From an uncultured virus (IMG/VR IMGVR_UViG_3300030328_002163) (lineage: Duplodnaviria > Heunggongvirae > Uroviricota > Caudoviricetes > Crassvirales), in the IMG/VR virus record IMGVR_UViG_3300030328_002163: a DNA stretch of 64,000 nt; one strand, written 5' to 3'. The stretch's first letter is position 1. Each line of letters opens with the position of its first letter. The notes under the pieces were generated by a model. It was not told the DNA's origin. It did no database searches and was given only the letters and a program-made list of their open reading frames with translations. Below, piece by piece: positions 57,409 to 64,000 of this stretch. Both the position numbers and the translations under genes were made by a program.

Positions 57409-59307
57409 TTAATATCCCTTTGGTTTTGATCCACTTGGATTATTGTAAGCATTGTTACTAGCAATCAATATCTTATCTATAATATACTTAATACCCGCAT
57501 CAGAACCTCCAGTATCTAATTCCTCAACACTTACCTCCATATAGTCCTCACCAGGAATGGCATCACCACTAAAGACAATGTCGGTTTTATCAATTAATCC
57601 CATTACTTCTGGTGGTAAATAAAATCTTAATACATCATCAGTACCTGTACTTCGTGGTGAAGGAACAACTTTTATGTTTTCTAAAAGATATTCTGTACCT
57701 TTTTCTACACCTAAACTCTTGAAAAGATCTTGATACAATGATGCACTATCTTCATCTGGATCAATTTCTGTTAATGCTTCAGATATACTTACAGGCACAA
57801 TTTTACCTCCTTCTGATTTAGTTCTATTTAAGAATCCTGTACCAGATGACTGTACATCCACAGGAGTTCTTTTTACATTATAGTCATCTACAAAAGGCTT
57901 ATCTTCACCTTTATATAATTCTCTAGCTCTTTGAGCTGAAACTACATCTGCACCAGGAGTAACAGCTGCCATTAATGATACTGCTGTTTCTTTAGCATCA
58001 TATATTTTCTTGCCGTCCTTGTCTTTAGTATATTGTTTCTTTATTACCTTAGGTTCTCTACCATCAGTATATTGAATTACAAAAGCATCTTGAGTATCAT
58101 CACTATAAATATTTTGTATTTCATCATTATTAGCAGTTATTTTTGCCAATGCAGCGCTAGAAGGTTCACCACCTGAAGCAAAATTATAAGCTATTTCATA
58201 TGATACATTTAATTTTTCATCTTCTTTACTTTGATTTATTGAGGTAGATGATTCTTCTTTATCTGTTTTAGTCATATCATCTACTTGCCTATCAACAGCA
58301 GCTCTCGCAACTTTTTTTGCTTCTGCCTCCATATCTCCTTTAGCAAGACTGTAAACAGGTGCTCCTGAGTCATAACTTACTAAAATCATTTTATCAGTGC
58401 TTACACCTGGATATTTTTTTTTAAACTCTTCTTCACTTTGTGCTATACGGTATCCAACACCTGCTAAAATTTGCATCTGATCATCATTTGTTGCAGTCAA
58501 AGTGTTTTCAGCATCTACTAAAAAATCTTCATATGTTTTACCATCGGCATATCTAAAACCTTCTTTAGTAAAGCCTGTTCCTTTCTCAGACACATATGAT
58601 TTTATAACTTGGCCTAAAGGATCAACTAGTTTTTTTGCTTCATCATTTAAAACTTTTCTGTTTGAACGCATGTTCATTCGTTGATTTATACCATGTGGAT
58701 TAATAATTCTTTGAGGGTTTTCTGTTACATCTGGCATTACGGTAAAATTACCATCACCATCTTTATCCATCTCAACTAACTGTAGTTGTCCATTTGCAGG
58801 ATTAGTCATTAACACTTTATTCTTCAAATTACCAAAAGATTCTAAGGCAGTGGTATTATACAGCTCACCTTCACTTGCTATAATGTTTCCATTAGCATCT
58901 ATTTCTTGTCTCTCTAATGATTTTTGATACCATGTATCCCAATTCTTTATGGAATCACTATAACTTGCATAACCATTTTTTTGTTGTTGCATGTACAGTT
59001 TAAAGTCTTTAGGGCTAATTAAACCTCTTTTTAATAAATCATATTGTATCTGTAAATTTTTTTTAGACATGTCACTGGCATTAATTATTAACCCCCCTGC
59101 GTCTTGATTTTGCACATCAGGAACAGCACTTAAGTTTTCCATTGCCTTTTGCGTCTCCTCATCTAAAGCTGCTTTTCTTGCTGCTCTATCTGCTGCAATA
59201 GTAGTAATACCTTTAGTTACATCTTGTGCTACTTTACCCCAATCAACATATTCTTTCTCTAAATTTTTTTGGGCGTATATTGAATACTTTTGTGGATTAA
59301 CTGCCAT
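57409..59307 (-). CDS. Internal virion/ejection protein (putative)
   Basis: 632 aa helical protein between the pilot-like and giant proteins. Confidence 0.55.
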   Translation of the reverse strand: MAVNPQKYSIYAQKNLEKEYVDWGKVAQDVTKGITTIAADRAARKAALDEETQKAMENLSAVPDVQNQDAGGLIINASDMSKKNLQIQYDLLKRGLISPKDFKLYMQQQKNGYASYSDSIKNWDTWYQKSLERQEIDANGNIIASEGELYNTTALESFGNLKNKVLMTNPANGQLQLVEMDKDGDGNFTVMPDVTENPQRIINPHGINQRMNMRSNRKVLNDEAKKLVDPLGQVIKSYVSEKGTGFTKEGFRYADGKTYEDFLVDAENTLTATNDDQMQILAGVGYRIAQSEEEFKKKYPGVSTDKMILVSYDSGAPVYSLAKGDMEAEAKKVARAAVDRQVDDMTKTDKEESSTSINQSKEDEKLNVSYEIAYNFASGGEPSSAALAKITANNDEIQNIYSDDTQDAFVIQYTDGREPKVIKKQYTKDKDGKKIYDAKETAVSLMAAVTPGADVVSAQRARELYKGEDKPFVDDYNVKRTPVDVQSSGTGFLNRTKSEGGKIVPVSISEALTEIDPDEDSASLYQDLFKSLGVEKGTEYLLENIKVVPSPRSTGTDDVLRFYLPPEVMGLIDKTDIVFSGDAIPGEDYMEVSVEELDTGGSDAGIKYIIDKILIASNNAYNNPSGSKPKGY

Positions 59308-59315
59308 ACTTCTAA

Positions 59316-60257
59316 CTATTTAATGCCTAAAATCTTTTTAATTGCTTCTAATTGTTCAGGAGTTAAGTTTGAAAAGTCTTCTTTCCTTGCTTGTCTAAAA
59401 GATTTTTTATCACCAAATATACTTTCTATATTTTCTCCTATCTTCTGTCTTGCCTCATCAGGTGTGTATCCTTGCACAAAATCTACATACTCTGGTATAT
59501 AACCTTCATCACCTGGTTTTAAATCTACATTATAATCTGATCCACGCGCAGTATTTTGTGTTTGTACTGGTTTACCAGTCTTAGGATCAATAACTACTTG
59601 TCCACCATATGTGATAGTACCATCTGCACCTACAGTTCCTAAACCTTTAAAGGTATCACTTTCTGCTAATTTACCTGCTTGTCTATCTGCGGCTCCTTGC
59701 ATATAATCAGGAAGTGAACTAGCTAAAGCTGAAACTCCTGATATCCCAGATTGTATTGCCGACATCGTAGATGCGGCAGCTGCTTCTCTTTGATCACCAG
59801 ACATAGCCATCGCATCTTTTGCTGCTCCTACATCCATCCCTACAAGTTCATCTTGTATTCTATTTCTATTTTCTGCTTTTTGAAGCTCTAAAGCATATAA
59901 ATCTTTACCCATTTGTAATCTTTGTTGTTCATTTGCAGCGGTACCTAAAGCTCCAACCTTACCAACTCCAGCCGCTAACGATCGAGCATCTGCCCCTTGT
60001 AATGAATCTAAAGCTTGTCTTTGTTGAGCTGTATTAGAACGAAATGCTCTATCATATGATTCAGTTGGTAATTTAATATTTTCAAACTCATCTTTCATCA
60101 TTCGATTTCTAGCTTCTTGCATTAATCTTTCTGATTCTTTTTTTGACTGACTCGCTGCCCTACGTTGTTTTGCAGATTGACCTAAACCGATACCCATACC
60201 TGCTAACCCTGTGGCTGCTGCTACACTTCCTATTATAATTGCTGCTGCTCCTGACAT
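59316..60257 (-). CDS. DNA pilot/ejection protein (putative)
   Basis: Hydrophobic Gly/Ala N-terminus followed by Gln/Ala-rich coiled coils. Confidence 0.6.
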   Translation of the reverse strand: MSGAAAIIIGSVAAATGLAGMGIGLGQSAKQRRAASQSKKESERLMQEARNRMMKDEFENIKLPTESYDRAFRSNTAQQRQALDSLQGADARSLAAGVGKVGALGTAANEQQRLQMGKDLYALELQKAENRNRIQDELVGMDVGAAKDAMAMSGDQREAAAASTMSAIQSGISGVSALASSLPDYMQGAADRQAGKLAESDTFKGLGTVGADGTITYGGQVVIDPKTGKPVQTQNTARGSDYNVDLKPGDEGYIPEYVDFVQGYTPDEARQKIGENIESIFGDKKSFRQARKEDFSNLTPEQLEAIKKILGIK

Positions 60258-60760
60258 GTTTTTTTTATTTTATTTATTATTTTGCTGGGTAAATCCCTAT
60301 AATTATTTGTATAAACCTCTGCTTCTGCTTCTTCAAAAGTTTTAGCTTTTACTTTATATACACAACAGAAGCTACTATCTTCATGCACATAAAACACTCG
60401 TTGAGTGCCTATCTGAGTAAATATAGTATGCGGAGCTTCAATTGTTTGAATTTCTCCAGCATCTGTTATGTATGACACCTTACCCTTTAACAAAAAAGAA
60501 GGGTGTTGTTGTTTGTGTATCATACTAATTATTATACCACCTTTTGGCATAAATAATTCTCTAGTGTACAAACCACCTTCGATGTGTTGTTTTAATGGAC
60601 ATAGCTCTGAAAACTCTTCGCTGTATTCTTCTCCTGCGGTGTGGTCTAAAGATATTTCTAAAGCTTGAGCTTTTTTATGAAAGTCTTCTATTTTTTCCCA
60701 CATCATTCCTCTTTTAGCCACTACAGAGTTCAACACATCATGAGCTATTTCTAATTCCAT
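60233..60760 (-). CDS. Cupin-fold protein
   Basis: GLYTRELFMPKG...HKQQH...LLKG...GTQRVFYVHEDS. Confidence 0.6.
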   Translation of the reverse strand: MELEIAHDVLNSVVAKRGMMWEKIEDFHKKAQALEISLDHTAGEEYSEEFSELCPLKQHIEGGLYTRELFMPKGGIIISMIHKQQHPSFLLKGKVSYITDAGEIQTIEAPHTIFTQIGTQRVFYVHEDSSFCCVYKVKAKTFEEAEAEVYTNNYRDLPSKIINKIKKTCQEQQQL

Positions 60761-60765
60761 TTTCA

Positions 60766-60773
60766 CAAAGATA
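60766..60773 (-). promoter_or_regulatory. Bacteroidota -7 element TATCTTTG
   Basis: TAnnTTTG just upstream of ATG 60760. Confidence 0.6.
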
Positions 60774-60780
60774 ACAAATT

Positions 60781-61536
60781 CTAAGGATAACTTTTCATGA
60801 CACTGCTTCCTACAGAAAATAACTCTACCGCACTAGTATCATCATTAGTCATTGTAAACTCCATATAGTATCCCCTAGCCCCATGAGACTCGGCTATACT
60901 GTTTTTATAATATAATATCATATCTCCACCACTAGGGATAGTAGCTCCAGGAGCTGAAGCATCCACTGTAATAGACTTACTGGTTAAAGACAGTATTGGC
61001 CCTACAATCACCGGAGTGGTTGTTCCAGTGTACACTGTATCTCCCACGCTTACAATACTTCCAATTGAGTTATTAAAAGTAATTAATGTTGTTGCGGCCA
61101 CACCTGATACTGTAGCACATCCGCCTAAACCATTACCTGATCTTAACTTCCAATCTACAGTAGCCGCATTACTTCTTATATATGAATACCATTCCCCTTC
61201 TTTTTGTTCAAAATATGTTTCTAACATTGAGCCGCTGTTTAAATCGGTATTTAAATTAGTTACAGCCCAACTATGAGAACTTTCATAAGACATTGTCTTA
61301 AACAACTTAATGCTTAATGTAGGTTCAGGGTTAAAAACACTAGTCATAGTAGATATTCCTTGAACACCATAGTAATTATTTCGCAGAGAATTGGTGTTAT
61401 GTCTCCATAAATTCCCTTCATAAAAAGTGTATAAATACCCATTCATACCTTTTATATATTCTGGATAATATGTGTAAAAAGAGGGCCACCCTGGGCTTCT
61501 TTTGTCATCGCTAAATGTTAATGTTTCTGCTGCCAT
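60781..61536 (-). CDS. Tail structural protein resembling the C-terminal segment of the stabilisation protein
   Basis: GWPSFYTYYPE...YTFYEGNLWRHN...KEGEWY...ARGYY motifs. Confidence 0.55.
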   Translation of the reverse strand: MAAETLTFSDDKRSPGWPSFYTYYPEYIKGMNGYLYTFYEGNLWRHNTNSLRNNYYGVQGISTMTSVFNPEPTLSIKLFKTMSYESSHSWAVTNLNTDLNSGSMLETYFEQKEGEWYSYIRSNAATVDWKLRSGNGLGGCATVSGVAATTLITFNNSIGSIVSVGDTVYTGTTTPVIVGPILSLTSKSITVDASAPGATIPSGGDMILYYKNSIAESHGARGYYMEFTMTNDDTSAVELFSVGSSVMKSYP

Positions 61537-61540
61537 ATTA

Positions 61541-63256
61541 TTATGTAGGTATACAATTTGATTCTGTGGTTACTTCTCCAAGACTACCTGTTATTTCTAT
61601 GTATGTGTTTTGAGAGCCCACTGTGTAAAGATAATAATTTCCTGCCGCTAAAGGACTAGAGCATCCCGAGTTAGTATACACAAAGTCACCTAATACAGGA
61701 TAACTTCCAGATCCATCGTGATAGTAAGTAACATTTGCTGTTGGATTAGCACCTGGTCCACAAATCTGATTAAATACTAAATCAGAACTACCTAAAAACG
61801 AAGTACACGTTCCGCAATTAGTTACAGATGCAACTACTCCAGCTCCACCACTTATAGTTATGTAACTACCACCATTAGCAGTGGTTATTTTATATAATCC
61901 ATTGGAGAGTGTTGTTGCTTTACACACATCAGTATAACAAATATCGGTTGCAACCGGTAATGAGCCTGATCCATTATGATAGAAATTAGTTGTTAAAGAT
62001 GCTGCACATGCATCAGCGCCACTAGCTTGACTTGTGCTTGAGCTAAAGGATGTTCCTAATGCAAAACTAAATGGACCTGTTACTGCCCCTGCGGTCCCTA
62101 CCTCATAATAAGCAGTAGCATCTAATTTATAATACCCTGCACTTAAAGGTGTCGTGCCTCCTGCATCTGAATAAGCTGTGTCCCCTGTTGTTGGTAAACT
62201 ACCAGCGCCATCATGATAATAAGTTTGATCAACAGTATCCCCACACGCTGCAACTACTGTTGCATTAAGAGTTGAACTTTGGAATGCAGTATTAGTTGGA
62301 CATGTTGTGATGGCGGTTACTACACCACTTACCACCTCTGCTACTGTAGTTGATGTAATTTTATAAAACCCATTTGTTAATGCAGTGGCTCCAGTACTGT
62401 TTGAAAACACAAAGTTACCTACTTGAGGAACAGTATTGCTATCCGCAACAGGTGCACTTGATCCTGTAGTAGATGAATTTTGTGCAAAATAATATGTTTG
62501 CCCTTGAGTAGCACTACACGCTAAAGGTGCACTTGTTTGTACTAAATTAGTAGTAAATGATGGTAATGATGTTGGACAAATAGCTTTAAATTGAAATGCT
62601 GTACCTCCACACACACCAACTAATTGTAATCTTAATGTAGAAGGTGAAGCATTTGGTTTAGGTATAACCATCGTGTAATAAATATTACCTGTAGCATTTA
62701 AATTTACTGTACCAGACGCGGGTATAGCTATGGTAGAACTGGTTCCAGCATCTACAAAAGCCGCACCATCATAAGTAAAGTCAGTGACTGTAAATGAATT
62801 GCCTTGTAAATCCGAGGCTGCACATCCACTTACACCTGTAGCTCCAACAAAGTTAAGTTCTCCAGCTGTGGCTTCTTCTATACCATGATTATTCGTAGTA
62901 AGAGTGTTATATGTTGTTGAATCAAAAGTTGCTAGTATACCATCTGGCACACTATAAGGTTGAAAATAAACCACTATAGCTCCTACATCCCCTGTAGTAT
63001 TACCCATGTCAATATCAATAATATAACTACCCACACCTCCACTTGCAGAGACATCACTTCCACATGGTACTGGACACTCACAACTAGCAGCAGTTCCTAA
63101 TGTTCCTCCTGTTTGTTGTCTATATGTCAAAGTAGTTTCAGTTGGTGCTTGATACCATCCATCAGGTGCTTTTGTTGTTAAAAGACTATCTGTCCACACT
63201 GCGGTTGCAGAAGCAAAAGTTGATGTGTCTATATAATATGTAGTGTCTGTAGCCAT
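61541..63256 (-). CDS. Cys/Thr/Gly-rich repeat virion surface protein
   Basis: Four copies of a C..YYHxGxGxxPxxGD..Y...GxY domain. Confidence 0.6.
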   Translation of the reverse strand: MATDTTYYIDTSTFASATAVWTDSLLTTKAPDGWYQAPTETTLTYRQQTGGTLGTAASCECPVPCGSDVSASGGVGSYIIDIDMGNTTGDVGAIVVYFQPYSVPDGILATFDSTTYNTLTTNNHGIEEATAGELNFVGATGVSGCAASDLQGNSFTVTDFTYDGAAFVDAGTSSTIAIPASGTVNLNATGNIYYTMVIPKPNASPSTLRLQLVGVCGGTAFQFKAICPTSLPSFTTNLVQTSAPLACSATQGQTYYFAQNSSTTGSSAPVADSNTVPQVGNFVFSNSTGATALTNGFYKITSTTVAEVVSGVVTAITTCPTNTAFQSSTLNATVVAACGDTVDQTYYHDGAGSLPTTGDTAYSDAGGTTPLSAGYYKLDATAYYEVGTAGAVTGPFSFALGTSFSSSTSQASGADACAASLTTNFYHNGSGSLPVATDICYTDVCKATTLSNGLYKITTANGGSYITISGGAGVVASVTNCGTCTSFLGSSDLVFNQICGPGANPTANVTYYHDGSGSYPVLGDFVYTNSGCSSPLAAGNYYLYTVGSQNTYIEITGSLGEVTTESNCIPT

Positions 63257-63260
63257 ATTT

Positions 63261-64000
63261 TTAACAAGTTAATAAATTTTCTACTCTACCCGAGCTGTTA
63301 ACATATATTACTGATGTTGCACTTAATGAATAATAACCAGCAGAAACTATTGTTGTTCCTGTATTATTAGAAAATACAAAATCATTTACAATTGGAGTTG
63401 TCCCACTTCCATTATGATAGTAAGTTTGATCTTGAGCGAGTCCACATGCTTCAGATCTTGTAGATTTCATTAATGATCCTGGGAAAGATGTATATGTACA
63501 TCCAGTACAACATACATCAGTAGCACTAGTCGTACTTGCACATAAAGGTATAGCTGTTCCACATGGTGCACATTGAGTGGCTGGAAGAAGTGATCCGCTT
63601 GATTGCTCTCTAACAATTCCACCTGTTTGATAAAACTGATTAGGGGCTTTAGTGTGTAAATTAGAGTCTGTCCAAACAGCAGTAGCAGTAGCAAAACTAT
63701 CTGTGTCAATATAATAACCCACAGTATTTCCTGAACAACATGCAATTACATCTGTTGAACCATCTCTTAAATTTACATTAGTTACATTTCTATAATCCCA
63801 TACCATATATAAATACTTATCAGTCGTTGGATTATTATTAGTGTAAGTAAATGATGCTTGATACAAACCAGTAGATGGATTAGTTATTGGTGTTACATTA
63901 GTTGCTGCAGCATCAATATTAGCCCATGAACCTGCATCATATTCAGTTGAACTTATAAGGTATTTAAACTTGTCCACCGTAGGATCAAAAACAAAATCAT
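63261..64000 (-). CDS. C-terminal part of a Cys-rich virion protein, 5' end beyond the window
   Basis: Frame open to the window end (DFVFDPTVDKFK...); shares domains with 61541..63256. Confidence 0.6.
   Translation of the reverse strand, partial: DFVFDPTVDKFKYLISSTEYDAGSWANIDAAATNVTPITNPSTGLYQASFTYTNNNPTTDKYLYMVWDYRNVTNVNLRDGSTDVIACCSGNTVGYYIDTDSFATATAVWTDSNLHTKAPNQFYQTGGIVREQSSGSLLPATQCAPCGTAIPLCASTTSATDVCCTGCTYTSFPGSLMKSTRSEACGLAQDQTYYHNGSGTTPIVNDFVFSNNTGTTIVSAGYYSLSATSVIYVNSSGRVENLLTC

Noticed and set aside
63978..64000. Direct circular join of the window end to position 1
   Set aside because: The reading frames do not match across the join, so sequence is missing between them
1..64000. 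Stop-codon reassignment, introns or inteins as in some crAss-like phages
   Set aside because: Genes tile densely under the standard code; TerL, portal, capsid and primase appear uninterrupted
1..64000. CRISPR array, integrase or rRNA
   Set aside because: No regularly spaced repeats, recombinase motifs or rRNA-like sequence found

Overview
Most of an AT-rich (circularly permuted) tailed dsDNA phage genome. The gene set is podovirus-like and related to crAss-like/marine Flavobacteriia phages. A Bacteroidota host is inferred from about 14 TAnnTTTG (-7) promoters and A-rich, Shine-Dalgarno-free leaders. The minus strand (1-35600 and 50339-64000) carries the tail stabilisation and ring proteins, major capsid, scaffold, portal, TerL/TerS, a tandem GroES-like protein, paralogous tail fibres, a lysis cassette, many tiny basic proteins, groEL-groES and ejection proteins (including a 2355 aa polyvalent protein). 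The plus strand (36100-50342) carries a CpG-depleted early region of small genes, two C5 DNA methyltransferases, a DnaA-domain-IV-like protein, SSAP/exonuclease/SSB, a primase-helicase, an SNF2 helicase and a VRR-NUC nuclease. Most notable: the early operon is punctuated by RNA-processing elements read directly from the sequence, namely two type I hammerhead ribozymes (36500-36554, 38511-38573) and a minimal tRNA-like element (37330-37376). Also notable are an out-of-frame gene nested in a methyltransferase and a triple-paralogue membrane cassette beside the endolysin. Protein calls come from motif recognition and gene context only; no searches were run.
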